From NCBI GenBank assembly GCA_964187785.1, contig OZ076411.1, forward strand, positions 58,094,001 to 58,158,000: a stretch of 64,000 nucleotides of DNA, given 5' to 3'. The DNA is from Amphiscolops sp. MND2022. Taxonomy: Eukaryota. Below, piece after piece: positions 1 through 13,327 of this stretch (position 1 is its first letter; every line of letters starts with the position of its first letter). A program made the position numbers and the translations under genes. A model generated the notes under the pieces. That model made no database searches. It was not told where the DNA came from and saw only the letters and a list, made by a program, of their open reading frames with translations.

Positions 1-408
1 AATCCTCAAGGGGGTGCTGGTATTCCGAGTCAGTTGGTGACCGATCTTGAAAACAGTAGTATAGGTAATTTAGATAATAGTACTAGTAATGGTGGCACAG
101 CGGCGACACAAGTTGCCCAAGGAAGACATAGTATGACTGCGACAACACCAGTGAATGAGGCGTCGTTCGCGACTGCTAATAGCTCGATTCAATCCTCAGT
201 TTCGTATGTCTCGAGCTCTTCAAGTTCTGCAAACGCGGCGGGTACCAGTTCTCAACCTGTCGCCGCCGACCCTTCTTCCATAAACAATTCTGGCTCTCCT
301 TTTCTGCCCAACACAGCTATGGACAGTATACACCTCACTGGTTCCGAAGCAGCTAACATGTCCAATGTCACCGTCACCCAAACTTCACCGGCCGCCAGCT
401 CCAAATAA
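1..408 (+). CDS. Ser/Thr/Ala/Asn-rich low-complexity ORF, open at the window's left edge (3' end of an unknown gene or TE ORF)
   Basis: Frame 1 is open from base 1 (NPQGGAGIPSQLVTDL...) to TAA at 406-408; no recognisable domain. Confidence 0.3.
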   Translation, partial: NPQGGAGIPSQLVTDLENSSIGNLDNSTSNGGTAATQVAQGRHSMTATTPVNEASFATANSSIQSSVSYVSSSSSSANAAGTSSQPVAADPSSINNSGSPFLPNTAMDSIHLTGSEAANMSNVTVTQTSPAASSK

Positions 409-2362
409 TTTTTTGGTCTCCTCCAGTTGTTGGTCGAACCATTTCAATTTTTACAGATTTTAATCCTTATTCGACATATGCACTATATCACCTATGCAAG
501 TCACTTTGCTGTGGGTTGTACTACCTACGAGAATTGTAATTAATGGTTCTTTACAATCCGCATTCTATCGTCAAACTTCGCAGGTTACAAATTTGAATTT
601 CGTTGATTCTGAAATTGATTTATAAATGCTTTGGTTATGTCTTGGAAAGAATATTGCAGAGATTTACTTCAAAAGATGCTAAAAAGTGAACAAAATTTAT
701 TGTGAAATATCATGCTTCTGGGCTTTCAAGGGCCGACTCTTTCCCATCGCGATACACTAGTATTACCCGTAGTTACATTGTCACAAGGCTGAATAGAGAT
801 GGATTTATTGCATCTGAGTACATGCGTTGCGTGGTAGACTATTCCGGACACTGCTTCAGTATGTTGCTCTACCAACTTCTATCGCTTGCTTTTTCTCAAT
901 TCCTGTGGGAAGAAGTCTTGTTATAATTTTACACAGATGGTCGACTGATGCTTGTATGCTACTAAAGGTCAATGACCTTTACAAGTTCATGATGCCTCCA
1001 CCTCTTCCACTCGGCTGCGTTGTTGCTACACTTTGGGCATTTTTCATTGAATTTCCGATCTCGTGAATTTTGAACAACCATTCAATGGTCAGCAGGAAAT
1101 ATCTAATGCAAATGGAAATACTAAAAATGAAATAATGAATGTTGAAAACATTTTCAGTTCTGATACATCAATTCCGGATGTCCAGAGCGTTTCCTGCCCA
1201 ATAATATCAGCGGAAGGTGGAGGCGAGCCTTCATTATGTACGTATGCAAACCTACTAACCCTTTCTTTCACCTCCTCATTTTGAGTACACTACTGAAAAG
1301 CTGTAAATTTGGACATGGTATCAAGCACCGTATCATCTGTACTACATAACACACTTAGACGTAGAACATGGCTTTTCGAAAAACTTCTGAACATTCGATC
1401 ATCATGCTGGAGTTTCTGTACACATTACTACCAGAGATGCTTTTTGCCATTTCCGCCTACGGTCGCCTGCCACGTGGTAATAGATGTATTAGTATTATCA
1501 ACGACCAATTCAACGGAGCAGACTTTATGCATAGACGGCAACCATTGCTTTGTTGTAATGTTTAATGGACCGACCAGACAGGCGCGAACCCCTGCAGTGA
1601 CGTTTTCAGCCAGCAGCGGCCCGTTGCAGCCGATAGCGACATGTTTCTTGAATATTGTTACAATTACTCAATTCTAATTCTCCATTCAGTATTCTAGTCT
1701 ACTTTATATAATATGATATGTAATGGCAATGCTATGGCGCTCTTTACACCAACTACCAAGCCAACCCTTTTGCCACCCTCACAGAATATGCAACTTAAAC
1801 TGATTTTTGATAGAATGCGACCCCCGTCTCTCCGCCCGCCGCCCACTCTTTACTAGTACTACTAACTGGGGCCTTTCATTCTTCATCTCTTGCTATCTGC
1901 GTGGGGAGTATAGATAACCAAATTTTAGGCGATGGCCTCTTACAAGCTCAAATATATTACTACTACGGGCACGAGTTTTATTCAATTGGCTAATTGTGAA
2001 TTTTCATTTGTCTCAAGACGACTAATTTCCCACTATTTTTATAATGCAGAAAATTTTATACGGAAATTTATTGAATGTAATAACGAATATAAAAATTTCG
2101 TCGTTTATATCTTTGTGCTGAGTTCTTGGATGATCACTTTCAAGTCTAAAGAACTGTTGGACCCGGAACGGACTTCTTGCAAAGACTAGACATCCTTTGG
2201 GTGTCAACTCGAGCAGAATAGATGTCAGCCTTTCATTGAGAAAAGAAGTCAAAGTTGTATACACTTTCATCATACTTTACCGCGTGCCAACTGCACTGTA
2301 ACAACGCATTTTGTTCTTTTCAGACAATTCTTCCTGTATCAAGTTTTAATTTAATTCACGCC

Positions 2363-2808
2363 TTTTTAGTCAGCGGTTTTCGTAGAAAACGCAGACTATA
2401 GCAGTGACTTTTCTTTCTTTTAAGACCAACGAACTGACAGATTTTATAAGCTGACTTGCACTAACACTAAACTGTGCCACACGACTTCTACTGGCACTTG
2501 GCATAGAGGTTAATGAGGCTTTTTTGAGGTCTGCCAAGGTTCGCTGTGGGTTCGAGTCCCGCCCTTGACCAATTTTTTTGTACAGATTATTTCGGCTTTG
2601 TGAGGCTTTTTTCGCAAATTTTTTTGATGTCTCCCAAGGGTCCCCCCTTCAATTTTCTTTCTATTTTGCAAAAGAATGGATGTTTGGAGTTTTTTTTCAA
2701 TTTTTTCCTAATGCGGGTACTGTAGAAGAGAATACTTAACACTTTGAACTCCTTGCGCTATTTTTGAGCCTTAGATATGGCGCCGACTCGGGCCATTCCC
2801 GGCTTGTT
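2363..2808. mobile_element. Non-autonomous interspersed repeat (HINE/DINE-1-like architecture) with an internal tRNA-derived A/B box; copy 1
   Basis: Starts TTTTT-AGTC-[GCGGTTTTC-gta-GAAAACGC hairpin]-GACTATAG; A-box-like TGGCATAGAGGT (2499-2510), B-box GGTTCGAGTCC (2549-2559); collinear second copy at 20002-20492 with shared end GAGCCTTAGATATGGCG...CTTGTT. Confidence 0.6.
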
Positions 2809-4414
2809 TCTATCAAAAAGGAAAGTAAAGCTACGTTAACAGAATTCAATGACATGATACTACGGAGTTACTTTTCATTGTAAGGTGTTTTACTTCTGAA
2901 ATTGTGCTTGCTTCAAGTGTGGCGTGGAAATTGAAACTTGGACTAGGAAAATCTCTACTTGATTACAAATCTTATTGGGTGCTGCTTTAAATATTTCACG
3001 CTCCCCCCGTGATGATGTCATCTCTCTCGTCTCAATGGATATGGTGTTTATTGCTGGCAATAAACATGCTCATGAGATTTGAGGAGAATCAGATGGTGGC
3101 TCGGGAATTCTTAATCAATTTAGGTTTTTCCCGTTGAAAATGCCATTTTTAATGTTTTCTAGTTTTTGAAATAGGCATTTTGAGACACAATGCTTATTTT
3201 GTAAAATCTAGCAACTATTTTCCAAAATCGGTCAATCGATTCGAATTGCTGCACGTCAATCACAACCAGTCTGGTCTCCAACCAGTCTGTTGCGCAATTC
3301 TCGTGCGAAACACTTTTCTCTTGTGCTCTCATCTACTCTGCTCACATTATTCTAAATTATTTTCCTCTCGTCCCCTCCCTGCCTCCTTTGCGTAATACAC
3401 CCCGAAATCCCCCTCCCAGTGGCCACCACACGTTTAAATGATCGAAATTATTTGAATTTTAATTGGGTTTCCGTTATTCGTTCATTAATTAACTCCTATT
3501 CGAAATTGATACCTCAAATTTTAGCTACTGAAGCAATTGAATTTTTCAGAAGTTGGTTCATCTTTTATCTTTTTCCACCTATCGAGCAGAAAAGCTAACA
3601 GGGAGGATTTAACTAACAGGTGTGTTTTTTGTGTTATCTGTCACCCAATCTTTCCTTGAGCCCTCTCCAAATTACGCTCACAATTTTCTTTCGCTCAGTA
3701 GGAAATTGGCGTGTAAAATACTGAAACAACAAATTGAGAAGAGTCAAAATTTATCCTGAGTCCGAAATCTGAATTCTTAAACATTAAGTGAACATTGTTG
3801 AATGACCCATTTTAGCAACCCACTTAAATTTCGAAAGGAGCAGATGTAGTGTATTCGGCCTGTATTGGAGTGGTACCAGGCTCCCTTCTCTCAACTGACC
3901 AGCGTTTGGCCTTAAGCATGTACTTCAGTCCTTGCTTAGTTGTGTGGTCATTGACAAAAAATAATGAAGAAAAACGTAATGAAAACAGGTACGCTGAATA
4001 AAGACCTTTGTGACCTCGAGAAAGAACATTCGTAGGATATTGTGATCTTTTCATGTGGATTGAAAGAGAAACGGACAAAAAGCCACGGGCAAAAAACACT
4101 CTCGAAATGCTTATTTTTGTCGTGGAAACTGACAATAAAAGTGAATAGGAAAAGCATTGGAAAATAACACAAAAAATAGTCTGATTTTTTCTGCTCGACA
4201 TTTCAACTGAAAAGTTATAAAACCAAGAACCCCAAGTCTGCAAATCCTGTTATTTTTGGAGGACATTCCTCTAGATGTCTTAACTATCGAGAAGCTACTT
4301 TTCAACTGCGATGACTCAACTGCTTTGGATGCGACTTTATTCCTTCATTCGTTCTGAAGCATGGTTGTCCAGATAAAGTCCCTGCTGTACTTCATTACGA
4401 TACATATGCCGCAA

Positions 4415-4440
4415 CGAACTAGCAAGATCTTGCTAGTTCG
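4415..4440. repeat. 26 bp perfect palindrome
   Basis: CGAACTAGCAAGATCTTGCTAGTTCG equals its own reverse complement. Confidence 0.9.
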
Positions 4441-4612
4441 ATTAACAACCAATAGAAACGCGTTTTTATTTCTGATACGCGTTACGAGTTTTGCTTGTTA
4501 CACTGTGTGATTTGGCGTTACGCGTAGTGATCAAACTACAGTAAATGACTACTTTACACTCTCTACAATTACATACTTTGACTAGTTTCCACTTCACACA
4601 AGAAAATGATAT

Positions 4613-4778
4613 TTCTAAGTACTCGAAAAGTGAATTCTACTCAAACATTGACTAATTCACGTGGTAGATAGCTCTAAGTACTCGAGAAGTGAATTCTAGT
4701 CCAATATTGACTAATTTATGTGGTAGATAGCTCTAAGTACTCGAAAAGTGAATTCTAGTCAATATTTGACTAATTTAC
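4613..4778. repeat. 59 bp minisatellite, ~2.8 copies
   Basis: CTAAGTACTCGA(A/G)AAGTGAATTCTA recurs at 4615, 4674 and 4733. Confidence 0.85.
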
Positions 4779-5427
4779 GCTTTATACACGTCACGGAATT
4801 GAGCCAATTGTAAGTTGAAATTCTTGACTGGTTTCCACTTTTCTCTAATTACGCTCAGTGACCACAATCCGCAATTTCTGATTGCACTGTGCATCACAAT
4901 TCACGATGAACACATTGCACTTTTTGACTAGAATACGGTTCGTTCCCGTATTACGGAAAATACACTTTACACTTGATGATAAACTCCACTTTTGCGGCAT
5001 ATGTATCGTAATGTTAACATTTTGAATCAATTATTCGGACAAAAGCATGGCCTGTCATTTGGTTGTGTAATGTGATCTGTCTTTTTTTACTATTTGCTTG
5101 AATTGAATTATTTTAACAGATAAACAGCACTACTCAACTTTTCCGTATGTCAATCTACCCTACTCCCTTTTCGATAAATCTACTTGTTGTACGGTAGTCT
5201 ATTCTGATATCAAGAAAGCGTTTCATTCAGTACCACATGAATTATCGCTGACCAAACTTGCAGCAACTGGGGTCGATGAAGATCTTCTATAGCTTTTCTG
5301 CTAATTATCAAATGGGACACAATGTGTTAGAATCAATAATGTTTTTTCCACGCAATGAGAAGTTACTTCTTGTGTCCCTTAAGGTAGTGGTACGGGACCA
5401 GTATCATTCCTCAAATTTATGAATGAC

Positions 5428-5628
5428 GATTTCAGAAAAAAGGTTTATCTTAGGGCAATTTTAGCATTCCGAAATAATCTTTATCTTATTCTGAATGTCT
5501 TCGATACGTAAAAGGTTTTCAAACGTTACATGAATCAATGTAATTTCTCAATGAATGATGAACAAACGATACTAAAGTCAGTTGAAATGTTTTCAGTCCG
5601 AGTTTGAGATAGTTAATGAAATTCAACA
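5428..5628 (-). repeat. 3' LTR of the BEL/Pao element (~200 bp)
   Basis: On the minus strand starts TGTTGAATTTC directly after a purine-rich tract (TGGTGGA here; GGCTGGAGGA in the tandem copies); homologous in inverted orientation to 13323-13515. Confidence 0.8.
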
Positions 5629-8600
5629 TCCACCAGCATTGAAGAAGGGATGGGTGCGAAGCCACATTGACGAAAGGCGCGACAGGTTGATAAAGATTTC
5701 TATTGTTGAGTTGAATGCCGAATAAAGCAAATTTAGGTGGTCTCCGGAAAGTTTTCCCGTATGATATAACTTCAACAGGTCTGGCTTGACCATCTCGTCC
5801 GATAATTAATTTTGACAATTTTCCAATGCGCCAACATGACTCGGACGTTTTCCATGCAACAATACTATGTCATTTTCTTTTGGAAGCGGGTTCGACAAAT
5901 TGTTTGATGGAGAATTGAAAGCTGTCGCAGCTCTATCACATGCTCTATTGACCCCACTGCCAAAAATTGATCGACCAGTGTTTTCAGAAATTGTTGTCGT
6001 CGTCGAATTGATTGCAGACTGCTTTCAAGGATTTCGACGGCTGAACCCGAAAGACTTCTGCCGTTGACGAGATGAGTAGGCGTTAGAGGAAGACACTCCG
6101 AAGGCTCGTCCATATAGAGGTATCCTAGCGGTCGACTGTTGACTACTGCTTCAATTTCGGTGACTTCTGTGACCAGTTCGTCGTACCCAATAACATTACC
6201 ACCTAACGCCTTCCTGAGTGATTCCTTGACAGATCGCACTAGTCTTTTCCAGAAACATCTCCACCAGGGTGCTAATTCCACTTTGAACTACCAGTCAACT
6301 CCAGGATGGGAAAACTCTGGCAAAGATAAGACACAAAGGCCTTGACACCTTCGCTCCCCCCTCTGAATGTCCTTCCGTTGTCTGAATAAATTGTCACTGG
6401 AGTGCCCCTTCTTGCCACGAATCTTTTGAAAACCCACAAAAAAGCTGCCACTGTGAGGCTTTGTGTGACCTTGATTGACCCTCTCATGAAAATGCATGAT
6501 AATTAGGTCTGTTATGTACTCTTTTGCAGGTAAAAGAATTGGATTTTTTGCATCGAATGACAAAAACTCAGCCTCCGCTAACCTTGTCAGACACCTTATC
6601 AACCCGTCCGTTGATAGAAAAAGCCGCAGCTCTTTGACCCTGACTGAATGCCCTGAAGGCTGAATGCCCTCCTGCTTCGCAAGAAATCGCAACTCCTACA
6701 GCAAACCTGCCTTTTGTACTGCCGAAAGAATCATGTTCTCCGTCTGCCTCTCTTTCCTTCTAAACCGCATCTTCCGCAAACGCTCCAATACGCTCAGTGG
6801 TAACCTAACTTCCAATGGACACTCTACAACTGCAACTGTTGCACAAACGTCTTCCTTTCTGACGTCGTTCGTTAACTAACTCTTTTTCTGGCGTTTCAAG
6901 AAATCTGGCCCTCCCCACCAGAGCTGACATTCCCTAAGATCACCAACCCGCAAACCTCTAGACGGAATGTCTGCCGGATTTCTGAAGGCACGTGGTACCA
7001 TGAATTGACATCAGTAAGCCCTCTGATCTCAAGCAACCTACGTTGAATGAACTGCCCGGTATTGGCCGTGTGCGATCGAATCCATGACGAAACAATGGCT
7101 GAATCCGACCAGAAGTGACTCCCTCGAACCACCTCACCTAAAGCGCAAGTTTGAGATAGTTAATGAAATTCAACATCCTCCAGCCAGCATTGAAGAAGGG
7201 ATGGGTGCGAAGCCACATTGACGAAAGGCGCAGCAGGTTGATAAAGATTTCACTTGTTGAGTTGAATGCCGAATAAAGCAAATTTAGGTGGTCTCCGGAA
7301 AGTTTTCCCGGATGAAATAACTTCAACAGGTCTGGCTTGACCATCTCGTCCGATAATTAATTTTGACAATTTTCCAATGCGCCAACATGACGCGGGCGTT
7401 TTCCATGCAACAATACTATGTCATTTTTTTTTGGAAGCGGGTTCGACAAATTGTTTGATGGAGAATTGAAAACTGTCGAAGCTCTATCACATGCTCTATT
7501 GACAACACTGCCCAAAATTGATCGACCAGTGTTTTCAGAAATTGTTGTCGTCGTCGAATTGATTGCAGACTGCTTTCAAGGATTTCGACGGCTGAACCCG
7601 AAAGACTTCTGCGGTTGACGAGATGAGAAGGCGTGATAGGAAGACACTCCGAAGGCTCGTCCATATAGAGGTATCCTAGCGGTCGACTGTTGACTACTGC
7701 TTCAACTTCGGTGACTTCTGTGACCAGTTCGTCGTACCCAATAACATTACCACCTAACGCCTTCCTGAGTGATTCCTTGACAGATCGCACTAGTCTTTCC
7801 TAGAAACATCCCCACCAGGGTGCTAATTCCACGTTGAACTTCCAGTCAACTCCAGGATGGGAAAACTCTGGCAAAGATAAGACACAAAGGCCTTGACATC
7901 TTCGCTCCCCCCTCTGAATGTCCTTCCGTTGTCTGAATAAATTGTCACTGGAGTGCCTCTTCTTGCCACGAATCTTTTGAAAGCCCACAAAAAAGCTGCC
8001 ACTGTGAGGCTTTGTGTGACCTTGATTGACCCTCTCATGAAAATGCATGATAATTAGGTCTGTTATGCACTCTTTTGCAGGTAAAAGAATTGGATTTTTT
8101 GCATCGAATGACAAAAACTCAGCCTCCGCTAACCTTGTCAGACACCTTATCAACCCGTCCGTTGATAGAAAAAGCCGCAGCTCTTTGACCCTGACTGAAT
8201 GCCCTGAAGGCTGAATGCCCTCCTGCTTCGCAAGAAATCGCAACTCCTACAGCAAACCTGCCTTTTGTACTGCCGAAAGAATCATGTTCTCCGTCTGCCT
8301 CTCTTTCCTTCTAAACCGCATCTTCCGCAAACGCTCCAATACGCTCAGTGGTAACCTAACTTCCAATGGACACTCTACAACTGCAACTGTTGCACAAACG
8401 TCTTCCTTTCTGACGTCGTTCGTTAACTAACTCTTTTTCTGGCGTTTCAAGAAATCTGGCCCTCCCCACCAGAGCTGACATTCCCTAAGATCACCAACCC
8501 GCAAACCTCTAGACGGAATGTCCGCCGGATTTCTGAAGGCACGTGGTACCATGAATTGACATCAGTAAGCCCTCTGATCTCAAGCAACCTACGTTGAATG

Positions 8601-10247
8601 AACTGCCCGGTATTGGCCGTGTGCGATCGAATCCATGACGAAACAATGGCTGAATCCGACCAGAAGTGACTCCCTCGAACCACCTCACCTAAAGCGCAAG
8701 TTTGAGATAGTTAATGAAATTCAACATCCTCCAGCCAGCATTGAAGAAGGGATGGGTGCGAAGCCACATTGACGAAAGGCGCGGCAGGTTGATAAAGATT
8801 TCACTTGTTGAGTTGAATGCCGAATAAAGCAAATTTAGGTGGTCTCCGGAAAGTTTTCCCGGATGAAATAACTTCAACAGGTCTGGCTTGACCATCTCGT
8901 CCGATAATTAATTTTGACAATTTTCCAATGCGCCAACATGACGCGGGCGTTTTCCATGCAACAATACTATGTCATTTTTTTTGGAAGCGGGTTCGACAAA
9001 TTGTTTGATGGAGAATTGAAAACTGTCGAAGCTCTATCACATGCTCTATTGACAACACTGCCCAAAATTGATCGACCAGTGTTTTCAGAAATTGTTGTCG
9101 TCGTCGAATTGATTGCAGACTGCTTTCAAGGATTTCGACGGCTGAACCCGAAAGACTTCTGCGGTTGACGAGATGAGAAGGCATGATAGGAAGACACTCC
9201 GAAGGCTCGTCCATATAGAGGTATCCTAGCGGTCGACTGTTGACTACTGCTTCAACTTCGGTGACTTCTGTGACCAGTTCGTCGTACCCAATAACATTAC
9301 CACCTAACGCCTTCCTGAGTGATTCCTTGACAGATCGCACTAGTCTTTCCTAGAAACATCCCCACCAGGGTGCTAATTCCACGTTGAACTTCCAGTCAAC
9401 TCCAGGATGGGAAAACTCTGGCAAAGATAAGACACAAAGGCCTTGACATCTTCGCTCCCCCCTCTGAATGTCCTTCCGTTGTCTGAATAAATTGTCACTG
9501 GAGTGCCTCTTCTTGCCACGAATCTTTTGAAAGCCCACAAAAAAGCTGCCACTGTGAGGCTTTGTGTGACCTTGATTGACCCTCTCATGCAAATGCATGA
9601 TAATTAGGTCTGTTATGCACTCTTTTGCAGGTAAAAGAATTGGATTTTTTGCATCGAATGACAAAAACTCAGCCTCCGCTAACCTTGTCAGACACCTTAT
9701 CAACCCGTCCGTTGATAGAAAAAGCCGCAGCTCTTTGACCCTGACTGAATGCCCTGAAGGCTGAATGCCCTCCTGCTTCTCAAGAAATCGCAACTCCTAC
9801 TGCAAACCTGCCTTTTGTACTGCCGAAAGAATCATGTTCTCCGTCTGCCTTTCTTTCCTTCTAAACCGCATCTTCCGCAAACGCTCCAATGCGCTCAGTA
9901 GTAACCTAACTTCCAATGAACACTCTACAACTGCAACTGTTGCACAAACGTCTTCCTTTCTGACGTCGTTCGTTAACCAACTCCTTTCCTCGCGTTTCAA
10001 GAAATCTGGCCCTCGCCACCAGAGCTGACATTCCCTAAGATCACCAACCCGCAAACCTCTAGACGGAATGTCCGCCGGATTTCTGAAGGCACATGGTACC
10101 ATGAATTGACATCAGTAAGCCCTCTGATCTCAAGCAACCTACGTTGAATGAACTGCCCGTTATTGGCCGTGTGCGATCGAATCCATGACAAAACAATGGC
10201 TGAATCCGACCAGAAGTGACTCCCTCGAACCACCTCACCTAAAGCGC
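5601..10247 (-). repeat. Three tandem ~1.55 kb copies of the Pao RNase H end - internally deleted integrase - C-terminal domain - PPT - first 28 nt of LTR
   Basis: Unit start AGTTTGAGATAGTTAATGAAATTCAACA at 5601, 7148 and 8699; the ORF track shows three paralogous ORF sets. Confidence 0.95.
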
Positions 10248-11500
10248 CCTCCACGCTGTTACCGAGTCTAGCAGCCAAAAGTGCAGAAACCAGCTTCAAC
10301 CTTAGAATGGTTCCTAATTTCAAGCTACTCAAGTTACTTTTCGACGCGATCAAAAACGTTTCGATTTCTCCTGCGACAACAGAACGACCATAACAAGCTA
10401 CCGCACTAACCCGCTTAGACGCATCTGCAAAACTATGTAGCTCAATCCCGTACCTACCTTGTACCTCAACTTACTGCCTTGAAATTACCAACTTTTCTTC
10501 CCTCCACTCCCTGAAGACCTGGAATGTCCTACCACATTCTTCTGACAATACTTCCTCCCAACCCAGCGACTCTTTCCAAAGATCCTGAATTGCTAACTTG
10601 AGCTCCACCACATCTGGTGAAACTAACCCCAAAGGATCGTAGACGCTAGAAACTACTCCCAGCACTATTCGTTTCGTCAACTTGTCTTTTTCTGCTAAAC
10701 ACTTCATGAAAGCGGAAAAATTTAAGTGAATTTTATCTTCTTCCACTTGATACGAAAGCCCCAACATTTTCATGCCTACCTGTTCTTCGGAAATACTTTC
10801 CACCAGCTTCTTCTCTACCAAGAATTTTGAAACTTCCGAGTTGTTTGTAACCCATTTCCTTAGTCTCATTCCAGCCTCACCTATCACCGTTTCCGATAGT
10901 GGAATCAGCCCCTCCGCTTCTTCCAGTGTCGGAACGCTGAGTGTCAAATCGTCAACATAAAAGCTGTCGATCAATGATTTCAGCATGACTTTATCCTCTT
11001 CACTGTGCCTTGTCTAGACACCTTTGTAGATGATACCTGATTGTTGCGTTTAAAGGAAATGGACTACAAACAAAGCCAAAAACCACCTTCAAATACCTGA
11101 ACACTTACCTGTCTATTGTTATCGAACGGATTTTGGTACCAAAGAATCCTCAAAGCGTCAATGTCCTCTTGATGCACACAAACCTGAAGAAACGCCTTTT
11201 CAATACCAGCAAGAACTGTGACCTGAAGCAATCTAAACCTTACTAAGATAGCAAACAAAGAAACCAATAAGTTTTGACCCTTAGAAAGACAGTCATTCAT
11301 TGAAAAGTCAAACTTTGATGACCTCGTTGCACCATACAGCACCACCCTGAGCTTCGAGGTGGCCTTGTCCTCTCTAATGAGTGCATGATGAGGTGTGTAA
11401 TGACACCTACCGCTCGTGTTAATGTCTTGTTCTGCCACTTTCTCCAGGATTCCATTTGTTCCCTCAAAACATCATCATATTCCTTCAATCGACCCTTAGC
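9997..11500 (-). pseudogene. pol: Pao-type reverse transcriptase and RNase H, frameshifted
   Basis: HYTPHHALIREDKATSKLRVV, IEKAFLQ, SFYVDDL, VYDPLGL, FADAS, HFWSDSAIVLSWI. Confidence 0.9.
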
Positions 11501-11588
11501 TATGATGCTTCTCGTAGTTGACTCTAACCTGCTTTTTGCTAGCTTCTAGTGATCTTGTAAAAACTCTTCATTCCCGTTCCACGGAAGC

Positions 11589-12200
11589 TTAGTTACGTAC
11601 CTTTCCCCGTTGAAAGTGACTTTTCTCGAAGTCCGCCAGTATAGTGTCTTCTGTCTTAATCCCCAAGCTTTCCAGGTTCCAAAAAGACTCGACCTTTTCC
11701 GACAGAGAATCTGCACCCTGTACAGACCTCAAGAAAGTTCCCACCGAACTTTCCAACTTCTCATCCTCGCACTGCAAAGGCACCGACAGAACCCAACCAA
11801 ACTTACTGCTGACCGCACTAAGTTTATTACCGTAGAAACCGACAATGACTCGTGATGTCACGAACTTGTAATAGAGATCTGAACCAATCAGAACATTTAC
11901 AGACAGCGCCTCCACCACGTCATCTTTGAAATCATCCGCTAATTGAAGGTTGCTCAAGTAACGATGCTGCCCCTTGACAGCATGAACGTTGCAAGGACTC
12001 AGCAACGGAGAATAGATGGTGTTCATTCCCACCTCGTATACTTTCTGCTCAACCTGCTGAACCTCATTAGAACCGAATGCGTTCACTCCAACTGCCTTGC
12101 GACCTACGACCTTCAACCTACACCTACCTGCAAACTCACGGTTATGTAAGATTGTTGCGAACACTTATCAAGTAGTATTCGTCCTCGACATGCATCATCC
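11589..12200 (-). pseudogene. Pao aspartic protease region (DUF1758-like), degenerate
   Basis: RILLDKCSQQS (decayed LLDSGSQ) near 12160-12200; NVLIGSDLYYKFV; SKFGWVLS. Confidence 0.75.
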
Positions 12201-12399
12201 TTACCATTAGAAACGCACTCCTGTACGGCCATTTCAAGTAGTACCAAAGTACTAGAACTTTAACAAAGAGATGATGTCTGCTCACCACCGCTGCCTTTCG
12301 AAACCTTGTCTGTTCGAAATTTGTCCTCTGCCCCCGCCTGATGAGAATCATTTTCCCAATTTCGACCCTTGCCTGAAGTGTTCCCCTCTTTTGTTTTTG

Positions 12400-13327
12400 A
12401 CATGTTCTTGAAACAAATAGCCTCATGATGCTTCTGCCCGCACTTAAAACAACCTCATTCCATCTTACAAACTAGCGATATATGCTCAGAAGACAAACAC
12501 CTTATACACCGTCCATTCTGCATCAGTTTTTTCTCTTTCCTGCGGTGACCGTTCTCTTAAACACCTATGACTACTGTGTTGACCCGAACAGAAAACACAC
12601 CCTTTCTCATGTGTCTTACTAACGAAGGATGAAGTAGTGTATCACCTGCAATTGGTTTTCCTGACTGTCCCGATACCTTATCCCTGTTTGTTGAGAAAGC
12701 ACACTTCTCCCTTGCTTCGATCTCGTTGCTGGGAAGCTGCAGTATTTCCTTCAAATCCCTAATCTCTGATGAAATCGATCGCGTTACTTGCAATTTGATA
12801 TCCTCAGGTAACTTCTCCAGCATGATTAGAATGAGTAAAGAACCAAATGTACTTTCGTCAACTGGCAAAGACTGCAAACCTCGAATGATGACCTCAACTT
12901 GTCCTGAAAATCCGCTTAACCTCGCAACATCTATACTCTCTGCAACACTGGAAATCTTGACGAGCTTATTCATGAAAATAGCTATTAACCTCTGCTTGTC
13001 GCCGATTCGTTTTTCCAAGAGTCCCCATGCACTGTTTTAGTTTGCACTTGTAAGGGGTAAACCAGCAATCGTTTCTGCTGCCTTCCCTGTCAAGCTTGCC
13101 CTCAAGTAGGCAAACTTGTCAATTTTTGGCAATGATTTTTGGTGAACTGCATTTCCGACAAAGTCTCGGAAACTCATCCACTCCGTGACTGTTCCGTCGA
13201 ATTTAGGCAGTTGCACTTTTGGAAGCTTCACATTGACGCGCTTTGAGAACGTTTTGAAGCTCTTTTTCAGTTGTTTCGTTCCTTTTTGTTCTTTTTTTTT
13301 CATTTTCGTCGTCGTCGTCTTCTTCAT
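12400..13327 (-). pseudogene. gag: Pao gag, C-terminal part (DUF1759-like)
   Basis: VKLPKVQLPKFDG...EW.SF.D, KF.YL...L.GKAA..I.GL, LEKLPEDI. Confidence 0.85.

Noticed and set aside
702-1677. OTU-like cysteine protease pseudogene (VDYSGHCF; GGEPSL...ANLL; DGNHCF)
   Set aside because: Motifs are short, spread over different frames and not convincing without a profile search.
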